Shown in pieces: positions 51,376 through 61,900 of a stretch of DNA of 64,000 bases. Positions within the stretch are counted from its first letter, which is position 1, and the number at the start of each line of letters is the position of its first letter. The translations under genes were made by a program, and so were the position numbers. The notes under the pieces were generated by a model. The model was given only the letters and a program-made list of their open reading frames with translations. It did no database searches and was not told the origin of the DNA. Origin of the DNA: an archaeon (GTDB lineage Archaea; Iainarchaeota; Iainarchaeia; Iainarchaeales; CSSED10-239); NCBI GenBank assembly GCA_041657425.1, contig JBBABY010000004.1, positions 1,377-65,376 of the forward strand, read 5' to 3'.

Positions 51376-54300
51376 TTAATTAATATTACTAAAATTATAT
51401 TCAGATACATTACTACATTTTTCTGGATCTGAATTTAATAGACACACTTTTGCAAATAATTTTTTGTTTTCTGCGGAATTAATATCTCCCATATGTATTC
51501 TACAAATATTATTTTCATATGCACTACACCAATACCAAGTATCTTGATTATCGTTATTCCAATAAATTCTTGATTCAGAATTGTTGTTTGGGTTAATAAT
51601 TTCTAAATTCAAATAATTATTAGAGGTGTTTGCTCTAAAAGTTGGTGCTTGGAGATTTAATTTTTTTATTTTCTCTGGATTTAACCAAATATTTAATGAA
51701 TCATTTGTAGTATTAAAACAAACTTGATTATATTTTATTAAACCTAACATATATCCTACATTTACAGTTTCTATTCCTGAAAATAAATCTTCGAAATCAA
51801 TAAGTTCTTGATTTTCTGTTTCTAAATTATTAGGTATATTGTATGATTTAATATTTGCATTTATTTCTGGGGTTAATGACATATTTAATTGTAATTCGTC
51901 TCTTGAGGTTAATACCAATTGAGGATTATTTCCTCTAAAATTCAAATAAACAAATACAGTTTCTTTACCTGCCGTTTTGTTTATTACTGGCTCATTATAA
52001 CTACCGTTTGGTTTTAAATATTTATAATTATAATTTCCAGCAGAGATTATTTGTATTGGTCTTATATTTTTATAAGAAATCTTTTCTATTTGTGTTCCTG
52101 TAGATTTAAATGATAAAACATATCCATCTTGTACTGCGGCCCAATCTTCATAGGTTGTAGGAGCATATGCATTACCAGAAATTGCCCCCATTGCTGAATC
52201 ATTAAATTTAAATGGCACGCCGTAGTAGTTAGTATATATTGCATTTATTGGATTTGTAAACAATAAATTCTTTTTATAATCTGGATTACTATCCATATTA
52301 TAATAATCTAAAAATCTTTTTGTATCTTCTGAGGTATTTTTCACACTATATTTAATATTAGTTCCTTCTAATTTTAATTCAAATAAATATAATCCTGGTC
52401 CACTTATTTCTTGTACTTCTGAAGTATTCAATAACGCAATTGGTTTATTTGATTCGTTTAAAAACTGAATAGAAGTAAATATATCTTTTGTTAATCCGTT
52501 AGTTAAAGACCCGTAAGTTTTAGTATTAACTAATATTGGAGATATTGAATCACCATAGTATATTTTCATATTTTCTATTACCTGCTTTAGAAATACAATA
52601 TTCTTTCTTTTAAAATCTAAATCAGTTGAAGTATTGTTTAAATATGTTTTAAAAGAGGCTTGATTTTTCAAAAAAGAATCAACAGTTATTTGATAGGTGT
52701 AAATATCTTGCATTGGACTTGTCATATCTCTTTTTGCATTTGATTCAGTGGTTAAATAAGTCAAGTACTTATAATTATTATTTCCACTTATTTTGTTTAT
52801 TCTTTCAGATATTTCGTTTAATTCTATTTTTGTTCCAATAATTGAATCATTTTTATTTGTAAATGTTAAATCCAGTATTATATATTTTCTTAATTCTTCT
52901 GGAACCTTGTTTAATGTAGTAATTAAAGTTTCTAAATATACATCTGGATCTTCAGAGTAACTAAAATCAGAAGTAATTAAATTTGCTACTTGAATATCAT
53001 TTCTTATATCCGTTAAATAAATATCTGAATTTTCATTAATTTTATTTTCTTCGGATTTACTAAACATTACGCCATCTAAAGTAATTATTTTTTGTTCTTC
53101 AATTAATTTTACTTTCTCTAATAATGCAACTTTTAATTGATCCTGATCACAATATTTTTCTCCGTAGTCACAAGAATTGTGCTTTATTCCGTCTGCATCA
53201 TAAATAAATAACAATTTATTAAATCCATATTTCTCTTGATTTATTTTGCCAGTTAATCCTGTATTATCTGTTCCTTGTGGATTATAACAATTACCTGTGT
53301 CTCCTGTTGATGAAGTAATAAATTTAGACAATGAACTATGATTTTCACTTGAAATTAATTTTTTACTACAACCAAAAGCCTTAAGATCTGCATTAAGAGT
53401 AAATGTTATATCTTTTACTTTTTTATCAAACCAGTACCATCTTTTTTGTTTTATTGAAAAGGTTTTAACAAGATTATTTTCTAAAAATGGTTTATTTTCA
53501 ATTATTCTTTCTGTATCATTAAGTAAATCTATTGGTCTATTAATACAAACTTCAATTTTCTTACCATCTGCTAATACCGTTAATTTTGAAATTACATCGC
53601 CATTTACAATTGTTCCACTCCCTGCTAAAATATAATTTTTAGGATTTTGTAGTTCTGGCAAATCAATTGTTTCTATAAAACAAGCAGTAGCATAATTACT
53701 TATTTGTTTAAAATTATATTTTGAACTTAAAAATAATTTTAAAATATTTATATCGACAACAGAATTAGAATAAGTTAATGTAGAATATTTAGTGGTGTTA
53801 TTACTAGAATAATAATTTGCATTATCATTATTATAACTTAAACTTAATCTTTCTTGTAATGTTGCAGTCTCTAAAGTGTCACAATCAAACATCCCTGTTC
53901 CTACCTCATATAGTTGTCCAATTTCTTGTAATTTAGGTTCTATAGGGGTAATTGTAACTGGTTCTATAGGCAAATCTTTAATATCAATAGGTGGTAACTC
54001 TACATTTATATCTATATCTGGACATAATTCTTGCTTTATTATTTGCCCTGCTGCTGTAGATAAATCTAATGTGCCAACGGCATTTCCAGTTCTTGGATCA
54101 CATCTTGTTGCTGCGGCGTCTCCAGGAGAACAACTATAACAAATTGCGCCTACTCCATTATAAATTAAATTACCAACATTCATATTTCTAGGATAATATT
54201 TTGATGAAAAATATCCTTCTCCACAGCTACCTGGACAAATGCCTCCATTTATTGTTTGGATATTTGATGTTACTGTTACTTCTCGTGTTCTAATATCATA

Positions 54301-55848
54301 TAAAAAATCTAAATTATAATTATAATAATCTTGTGAACTAGTTGTTGGTTTTGAATTTAAAGAATATAAGAATGGAGAATTTGTATTTAATTCTGTTTCT
54401 TTTAATTCTTCTAAGATTTTTGAACCACTAGAATATCTATGATATCCAAAAACTTTTGTTTCAGTACTGTATATCACAAGTTCGTGACTACTTCTTTCTA
54501 TTGGCATAAATGCATAAACATCTATAGTTTGTGGATTACATAAATTAGATGAACTTCTTGGAATTTTTAAATTATATCCGGTTATAATTCTACTATTATT
54601 TTGTGTAGTATATATTTTATCATAATCTTTAGATGTAAGTGCTAATATTTTACCACTTGGCTTTATACTATTTTTGACTAGATTGTTCATTAATCCAGGA
54701 TATGTTGATCTTAAATTTGGAGCTAAAGAAACTAAAAAATACATTTCTGTTGGAGAAATTACCGAATAATCAGATAAAAGATTTACTAAATTTACTTCTA
54801 ATTCACAAGCGATATCTTTTACAGGTGTTAGTGAATCTATTGCAACATCTGTTGCATCTGCTACCGCAACTTCATTAGGAAATACATCTACTTTTAATGG
54901 GTCTACGTTTTCTACAGTGGTTGCTGCATTTTTATTTTTTATAATAATTTCAGTATTTAATATTACGTGCTTATATCTTATAATATCTGAATTAGTATAA
55001 TTACTTGCATAAGTTGGCGGAAATCTTCTATCAACTCTTGGCGTTATTGTTCCTGCAGGAAGGTAATCATTTCCAGTTTGCGTTATGTTTTTATTAGATT
55101 GCGGTGTTGTAACTTCTGTTAATTTTGATTTATTTACATCTACTTCAAAAGCAAAATCTAAATTATACAAATTCGTTTTTTTCTGACTTATTGCAAGATT
55201 AATTAAAGTTAATATGTCGCTTTTATCGTGCACTAAATCATATTCTGTTAAATAATCTCCCAATCCATTTCCTATTGGACTATAATTCCTAACATAAACG
55301 TTATCTTGATTATCAAATGCATTATAAGGTTTTGTTGGAATAAATACTACTATGTCCATTGTAGTTTTATTTTTATTACACACACTATCTGAAACATCAA
55401 AAGTAATTTCTTCAGAATAAAAATCTTCTGGTTTATATAAAAATCTTTGATTTGCCCTTGTTTCAGATCTAGCTCTGTTTGTTTTTTCTTTATTTACAAA
55501 ATAATCTAAATCTGAAAAATATACGGTCTTATCTTTCAAAGGAACAGAAACTAAAATATGAGGCATAAACTTTATATTTCCCTCAGCAGACACTACTAAA
55601 TTAGAATAATTTTTATTTAAAGCAACAGTTACTTCACAACCACCATCTTTTTTTGCATAAACTGTAGTGTCTTTTAAATCATTACCTGTAAATGGACTTA
55701 TTTCAATATAGTTTATTCCTTTATCTCTTGCAAATGTTTTTGTGCTGCTCTCTAAATTGGGTTTTGTTTGATATGCAGCAAACACATTTGTTATAAATAT
55801 TATTAAAAATAGAATTGTAAACACCGTGATTATCTTTTTAGCTATCAT
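51376..55848 (-). CDS. Giant (1490 aa) secreted protein carrying a divergent copy of the shared C-terminal module.
   Basis: The signal peptide is MIAKKIITVFTILFLIIFITNVFAAYQ. The motif EKYCDQDQLKVALLEKV (53101..53160) aligns with the YCDATQ motif of the paralogs. Confidence 0.8.
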   Translation of the reverse strand: MIAKKIITVFTILFLIIFITNVFAAYQTKPNLESSTKTFARDKGINYIEISPFTGNDLKDTTVYAKKDGGCEVTVALNKNYSNLVVSAEGNIKFMPHILVSVPLKDKTVYFSDLDYFVNKEKTNRARSETRANQRFLYKPEDFYSEEITFDVSDSVCNKNKTTMDIVVFIPTKPYNAFDNQDNVYVRNYSPIGNGLGDYLTEYDLVHDKSDILTLINLAISQKKTNLYNLDFAFEVDVNKSKLTEVTTPQSNKNITQTGNDYLPAGTITPRVDRRFPPTYASNYTNSDIIRYKHVILNTEIIIKNKNAATTVENVDPLKVDVFPNEVAVADATDVAIDSLTPVKDIACELEVNLVNLLSDYSVISPTEMYFLVSLAPNLRSTYPGLMNNLVKNSIKPSGKILALTSKDYDKIYTTQNNSRIITGYNLKIPRSSSNLCNPQTIDVYAFMPIERSSHELVIYSTETKVFGYHRYSSGSKILEELKETELNTNSPFLYSLNSKPTTSSQDYYNYNLDFLYDIRTREVTVTSNIQTINGGICPGSCGEGYFSSKYYPRNMNVGNLIYNGVGAICYSCSPGDAAATRCDPRTGNAVGTLDLSTAAGQIIKQELCPDIDINVELPPIDIKDLPIEPVTITPIEPKLQEIGQLYEVGTGMFDCDTLETATLQERLSLSYNNDNANYYSSNNTTKYSTLTYSNSVVDINILKLFLSSKYNFKQISNYATACFIETIDLPELQNPKNYILAGSGTIVNGDVISKLTVLADGKKIEVCINRPIDLLNDTERIIENKPFLENNLVKTFSIKQKRWYWFDKKVKDITFTLNADLKAFGCSKKLISSENHSSLSKFITSSTGDTGNCYNPQGTDNTGLTGKINQEKYGFNKLLFIYDADGIKHNSCDYGEKYCDQDQLKVALLEKVKLIEEQKIITLDGVMFSKSEENKINENSDIYLTDIRNDIQVANLITSDFSYSEDPDVYLETLITTLNKVPEELRKYIILDLTFTNKNDSIIGTKIELNEISERINKISGNNNYKYLTYLTTESNAKRDMTSPMQDIYTYQITVDSFLKNQASFKTYLNNTSTDLDFKRKNIVFLKQVIENMKIYYGDSISPILVNTKTYGSLTNGLTKDIFTSIQFLNESNKPIALLNTSEVQEISGPGLYLFELKLEGTNIKYSVKNTSEDTKRFLDYYNMDSNPDYKKNLLFTNPINAIYTNYYGVPFKFNDSAMGAISGNAYAPTTYEDWAAVQDGYVLSFKSTGTQIEKISYKNIRPIQIISAGNYNYKYLKPNGSYNEPVINKTAGKETVFVYLNFRGNNPQLVLTSRDELQLNMSLTPEINANIKSYNIPNNLETENQELIDFEDLFSGIETVNVGYMLGLIKYNQVCFNTTNDSLNIWLNPEKIKKLNLQAPTFRANTSNNYLNLEIINPNNNSESRIYWNNDNQDTWYWCSAYENNICRIHMGDINSAENKKLFAKVCLLNSDPEKCSNVSEYNFSNIN

Positions 55849-56003
55849 AATTAATCATTCACTATATTAAATTATATAATATATATTATAGTTATATTTA
55901 TAAAGATTGCCTTAAATACAAGAATATAATCTTAGAAATTGATTTAGATTGTAAATTATGTCACTTTCAAAGAAAATTAAATTAAAAAATAAGAGACAAG
56001 AAT

Positions 56004-58937
56004 TTAGTTTCTTATACAACTAAATTCGGAGGTTGTAACATTATTGTTTGTTTCAAGTTTAGTGTCTATTAGATCAGTTAATGGTTCTGAGATTGTTTTT
56101 GGATTATAAACTACATCTAATGTTGAACCATCATAGTTGATACATGCTTTTTTTGCAGCAACTAAATCAAATATGTGCTTCATTGATCTGACGTCACTTG
56201 CAGTTCCATAAACGTTTGTTAATTCTACTTGATCTTGTGCAATTTTACTATCAGAAGTATATAATCCTGCACTATCGTTTGCTGAATCAATATATAAGTA
56301 ACTTGTACTGTGTCCTGTTCTGAAATTTGATGGAGTGTAGAATATTCCATACATCCAAACATTTCCGGTTCTTGTAATTATATCTTTATTCCATTCTACA
56401 CCGTAACTAAAGCTCTGGCTTTGTGTTACTGGCGCCAATTCTGATTTTGTTGAAACAAGATCATGGGTTGCTAAGAAGCTTTCAAGTAATGGTATTCCTG
56501 TAAAATCATTACATTGGGAAAAACCAGTCCAGTATGCTAATGATTGTCCAGGATTTGCAACTTCTCCACCTTCTCCTTGTGGCATGCCTATTGATAATTT
56601 ATAGAAGACATATGCATCTGTATTTACTGCTTTGTTTGTAACTTTAAGAACAACTGGTGTTGGTCTTGAAGGAATATATCTTACATTTAACACATTATTT
56701 TGAGATCTATTAATTGATAATAATTTTCCTCTTTCATTTCCATTATTCATAATTGTGAAATCTTTAACTTCTGTTGTTTTAATTGTTGAAATGGTGTTTG
56801 AAGAAATATATCCTTCAGTATACATTGTGCCTTGTCCGTTATTTTCAGAATCTAAGAATATTGGGACTTTATCTTGTAAATAATCTACACCATAACCGTT
56901 TCTTGTCTTATCTACACTACCAACCATTCCATTAAGTGGCATATAGTAAACTGAAGAATCAAGTTCTGGCTCTTGTTCTTTATCAATTATTATTTCTATC
57001 TTTCCGGTCATATCTCCAGCATCATTGAATAATTCCCATTGATCGTCATAAGTTATTAATAATTTAATACTATATCTTCCTGGTCCTGGTAAACCTGTTT
57101 GAGCAACACTATCTGCATATGTTGGTTTAAACGCAAATTTTTCTGCGTCTACGAAGTATTTGTATAATGGAGCATAACTGTCTGTACTTGTTATTAATCC
57201 ATTTCCATACCATCCAGGTGTTTGAGAATTGAATGTAAATCTATAATAGTCATCAAAATCTTTTTTGAAATCTGCACTATATCCATCTTTCATTAAGTAT
57301 GCTTTGAAAGTATATAATTCATTTTTGAAATTTGGATCATATTTAATTAGATTTTCTGAAGTCTTTGGAATATTACATGCTGTTGTTCCTTCAGTGTTTG
57401 TTTGCATTTCTAGAGTATTATCTATTAAATTATTTCCGGTTTCATTATTTGCTATACTTGCATCAAAATTTGTTAAAGTAATAATTACTTTTACTGTATC
57501 TGTTGGACCAGGTGCTGCAGACAAAGTTATTTGTTTATCATCTACATTTATTATTCCACTATTTAGATAATCAGAATCTACACTTTCTACTCCTGATGCA
57601 AGAACTACCCAATTGAATGAATTTTCTGCTTTTTTAACTACTGTATAATTAATATCAAATAATCTAATTGAGGTATTTACTGGAGGTGTTGCTAATCGAT
57701 AATTTCCTCTAATTTTATAACTCACATTTATTTTTGTTCTTTGACTTTGTATTCCGCCATTTGCGAAATTTGCATTTAAATAAGTTATTCCTACATTATT
57801 TACATCACTAATTAATGATTGATCTGAAGAATTAACTGGGCAAGTAAATCCTGAGCTATTTGCTTTTACATATTCGTTAATAGTGTTTATCTTTTGTAGT
57901 GCTTCGATTGTAAATTGAGTTGCATCACAATAGATTCCGTTTTTTGAAACATCACACCATTCTTTATTATTTACTTTTTCACTAGTTATTGTTGTTACTG
58001 CATTGTCTGCTTTAAATTGCCAATCAAAAATAATTCTTGGTAAAACTTCAGTTCCTGTTGTTCCGATTGGTTTACCATCTTCACTTGTACAATCTAATTG
58101 TTCTGGTGGAATTATGTCAATATTTTCATCAACTCTTGAGTTGAATAATAAATGGAACTTTTGTATTTTTTCTTCAGATGGATTTGGCATTCTATTTCCA
58201 TAAACGTCATCAAAATTTGTAATTTTTTTTTCTAAAATTGTTTTTGCATTATTTATTCCAGAGGTAAATATCTGATACCAACTTTTTCCTAAAATTTCAC
58301 TTGTCCCAATTGATATCTTTACTGGTTGTCTATCAAATCTTGCTTGGACATATCTTATTAATAAAGTTCTATATTCATAAGCATCTTTTATAGTTTGATT
58401 TCCATCTTCAAATAATATTGGTCTTTTTTGTCCATCTGTCTTTGTATTGTTAGAATCGATTACTGAAATCTTTTCTGTTTTTTCTGCAACTCTTATTGTT
58501 GGACTTTTATTATCTATATATGTTTCAATTTTCTTTGTTACTATGAAATCCACATCTAATACGTTTTGATCAGTTAAGACTATTGAAGTTTTTGGATTTA
58601 TTACTAATTCATCATAAGACTCTTCATAGAAATAATCTTTTTCTTTATCACTAGAAATATTTACTCTATCAACTTGTAATTCCATATTCATTTTTTCATT
58701 TAAATTTTGATAAGTGGTATATGCTGAATATGCTCCACCTATTACTCCATAAAGCACTGGGCCTCCAGCTAACAGTTTATCAAAAGTACTTACTAGCAGT
58801 CCTGCACCTTTTTCAAGAAGACTTTGTTCTACTTTGGCTTTAGCCGCATCCACCGGATCAGCAGAAACAGTCCCTATATTTACTAATAGCATTAAAGCTA
58901 TTGTTAGTCCTAAAATAAATTTTAGATTTGATTTCAT
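56004..58937 (-). CDS. Secreted 977-aa protein equivalent to the C-terminal third of the 2476-aa paralog.
   Basis: The signal peptide is MKSNLKFILGLTIALMLLVNIGTVSA. The motifs GTEVLPRIIFDW and IYCDATQF are present. FKAYLMKDGYSADFKKDFDDYY and GRYSIKLLITYDDQWELFNDAGDMTG align with the 2476-aa protein. Confidence 0.8.
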   Translation of the reverse strand: MKSNLKFILGLTIALMLLVNIGTVSADPVDAAKAKVEQSLLEKGAGLLVSTFDKLLAGGPVLYGVIGGAYSAYTTYQNLNEKMNMELQVDRVNISSDKEKDYFYEESYDELVINPKTSIVLTDQNVLDVDFIVTKKIETYIDNKSPTIRVAEKTEKISVIDSNNTKTDGQKRPILFEDGNQTIKDAYEYRTLLIRYVQARFDRQPVKISIGTSEILGKSWYQIFTSGINNAKTILEKKITNFDDVYGNRMPNPSEEKIQKFHLLFNSRVDENIDIIPPEQLDCTSEDGKPIGTTGTEVLPRIIFDWQFKADNAVTTITSEKVNNKEWCDVSKNGIYCDATQFTIEALQKINTINEYVKANSSGFTCPVNSSDQSLISDVNNVGITYLNANFANGGIQSQRTKINVSYKIRGNYRLATPPVNTSIRLFDINYTVVKKAENSFNWVVLASGVESVDSDYLNSGIINVDDKQITLSAAPGPTDTVKVIITLTNFDASIANNETGNNLIDNTLEMQTNTEGTTACNIPKTSENLIKYDPNFKNELYTFKAYLMKDGYSADFKKDFDDYYRFTFNSQTPGWYGNGLITSTDSYAPLYKYFVDAEKFAFKPTYADSVAQTGLPGPGRYSIKLLITYDDQWELFNDAGDMTGKIEIIIDKEQEPELDSSVYYMPLNGMVGSVDKTRNGYGVDYLQDKVPIFLDSENNGQGTMYTEGYISSNTISTIKTTEVKDFTIMNNGNERGKLLSINRSQNNVLNVRYIPSRPTPVVLKVTNKAVNTDAYVFYKLSIGMPQGEGGEVANPGQSLAYWTGFSQCNDFTGIPLLESFLATHDLVSTKSELAPVTQSQSFSYGVEWNKDIITRTGNVWMYGIFYTPSNFRTGHSTSYLYIDSANDSAGLYTSDSKIAQDQVELTNVYGTASDVRSMKHIFDLVAAKKACINYDGSTLDVVYNPKTISEPLTDLIDTKLETNNNVTTSEFSCIRN

Positions 58938-58962
58938 ATTTTACACCTTATTTTTTTAAATA

Positions 58963-61900
58963 TTAATTTAATTGATTACAAGCATTAATTAATATAGTAT
59001 GCCCAGTTCCTGTTGTTGATAATATTGCACTCCACTTATTTTTTGGATAAGAACTATCTGTCCCAAAATAACAATATCGATAATGTGTTTTATCTGTACA
59101 AACATAAACTTGAGACTCTCCACTTGGTCTTACATTAAATAAATTTTCTGCCGTTGTTCCAACTTTCTTATTTTTATCACAAATTGCTCCTGTTGTTGCA
59201 GAAATTGCTTCTTGAATTCTTTGTTCTGAAACGGTTGGTTCTGTTGCTGGTGGTTCTGTTGCTGGTGGTTCTGTTGCTGGTGGTTCTGTTGCTGGTGGTT
59301 CTGTTGCTGATGGTTCTGTTGCTGATGGTTCTGTTGCTGATGGTTCTGTTGCTGATGGTTCTGTTGCTGATGGTTCTGCTACAGATATTACACAAATTGT
59401 TGCTGCAGAATCCATAAATTTTCGTGCATCTGCTAGATTTAATTCTATAGATTTTTTATCTGGAAATTCCATAGACGCATATCTTTTCGCACCATCTAAG
59501 TAATTTTTAGCAGTTATTAAAGGCGTACATGGATGGTTATATCGAACAATCTCAGATTCTAGAGTTGCTGATAAACTAATTATTACTAAATTTAATTCTT
59601 TAATTGTTTTTTCAGCACCATCTGTTGAAGAATTTGCAATACAAACGCCATTTACACAATCGTAACCTTCTAAGCAAGGACATCCAACTAAAGTTCCTTT
59701 CTCACATTTCCCACTAATACAGTTCTCTGTGCTTTTACATGCAGGATTACAATCTGTTTTCTCTGCCTCTGGTTTTACGGCAGCTACTGCTTGATATCCT
59801 GGACAACCGTCTTTACCTTCGTTTCCTTTTTGCTCACACCATTTCTTTTTTAATAATTCTTGACTTGGACTATCTGCTAAACCATCCTGCTCCAAAGATT
59901 TTAATGCTAAACTTAATGTGGTTTCTTTCATTGCCTTTTCTAAAGCTGCTTCTGCTACTTTTTCTGACTTCCCACTTGATTTTGCAATGTCTTTAACTTC
60001 TGCAGGAGTAAATAAGTTCTTTGCTAATCCAAAAAGAGATTTCATCCAGTCTCCCATGGATTGTGCACCCCAGGTTGCAAGGCCTGTGAATACGCCGTCT
60101 CTTAGTCCACTGAATATTGCCATTTTCCATCTTGCTGCTGAGGAAATTGAGCCTTCTACTTTTACTGTTTGACCGTAACAACGGTTGATAAGATTGACTG
60201 TATCAAAGCTTTTTGCTGTGACTTCGTTTCCTGTATTTTCTGAGTATTGATATCTATAAAGATCAAATTCGTATCTATCAAGGTCAAGGCATTGAGTTAC
60301 TGGTCTTACTTCTACTCTAATCTTTCCAACATTTCTTTCTGAACCTCTTGCTCCACTTACTTTTGAATATACATTTACTAAATATATTCCTGGCATTGCA
60401 CCCATTGACATTACTTTTATTTCTTCACTACTTCCGGTTGCTGGAACTGTAATGCTTTCTTTTGGACTTATTACTAAACCTGTACAGTCGTCGCATGAAA
60501 GACGATAAACTGTTTCTGAACCACAACCTTTGTTTTCAATTGTAAAAGTATCTGGAGTTCCTGTTTCTGGTGCTGTTAATACTTTCTTTGAGATTGTATA
60601 ACAGTCTTTTAAACTTACAACGTGAAGTATAAATTTATATTCACTTAATATTTCTTGATTACCTGCAGATGTTGCGTTAACTGATCTAAAGATAATCTTT
60701 CCTTTAATATCTCCTGTGTATCTTCCAACTGGAGTGTATTTTAAATTTACATTATATAATTTTTCTTGATCTACTGTGTCGTAGATATTCTTGTAGTAAC
60801 CATTAGATAATTCAACTAATCTGTTACCAACATTAACTGTAAATACTCCTAATGGATTTCCTTCGAACTCAACTTTTGCTGAAAGTCCTCCGTTTAATGG
60901 AACTGGTCTTTCTCCAACAGCACAGTTGTTCTTTAAATTGAATTGTGTATCTGCATAGTAATCAACAATTGTAGTTTCCCACATTATTTCTGATAAACCT
61001 ATACAGTTTGCGTTATCCATTAACCCTTCAAAACCAACAGTTAGAGTTGCTGGTAATTCTGCATCCCAAACATACTCTCTATTGTATCTATCTCTTAATC
61101 TAATTACAAGCTTTGCAGGAACATTTCTTAATTGCTTAATACTTTCTGCTCTTGGACTTGTAAAGAATCTTGCTTCTATTTCTTGTTTATTATTATAATT
61201 GTCTGCACTTGCATCTCCACTTGAATCAATACCAGGAATGCTTATTTCATTATATCCTGCAAGAGACGCATTTACTCTTTCTACATCTATCACATCAATC
61301 TGGTCATCGTCTCCAACAAAAGTAATTGATTGGATTATCAATTCACTTTCGCTTAAGTTTTCAATAGTGAATTTGGCATTTTCGGTTGTCTTTGTATTTA
61401 CATTTAATGACACACCAAGTCTTATTGGAGTTATTTTAAATATATTTTCTGTAACTTCAATTTCAGTTATACTTGTTTCATATTCTGGTGCTTCAACATA
61501 AACATATACTTTGTTTCCTGATTCTTGGCCAGGAACATTATTTACTGAAGCGATTCCAAGTGTGCCAACTTTAACTGGACTAGCTAAAAGATCTCTTTTA
61601 AATCTATCCTTTACTCTTACAGTTACTGGACCTTCTACTTCTATACCGCTTGTAGTATCTTTAACTTCAACTTGAAGATTAAAGTTCTTTCCTGAAGGTA
61701 CGACTTCCGGAGTAATCTTAACTGTAAATGTTTTATCTGAAAGAACATGTATTACTATTAATTTTGTAAATATTACTCTTTGATCAGAAATAAAAGTTAA
61801 TACAAATTGTCTGTCTCCTTTTAAGATTGGAACAAATTGCATTTCTCCACTTACTGTTGTGTGTGGATTAAATTGGCTTACTACAACTTTGTATTCTGAA

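Noticed and set aside
59154-59417. ORFs 59154..59417 (+) and 59177..59395 (-) with VLLLV/RTISN periodic peptides, and the possibility that the 15-bp periodic DNA is a CRISPR-like array.
   Set aside because: Both ORFs are alternative-frame readings of the in-frame EPSAT/EPPAT tandem repeat of the giant CDS. The units are contiguous with no spacers and are far too short for CRISPR repeats.
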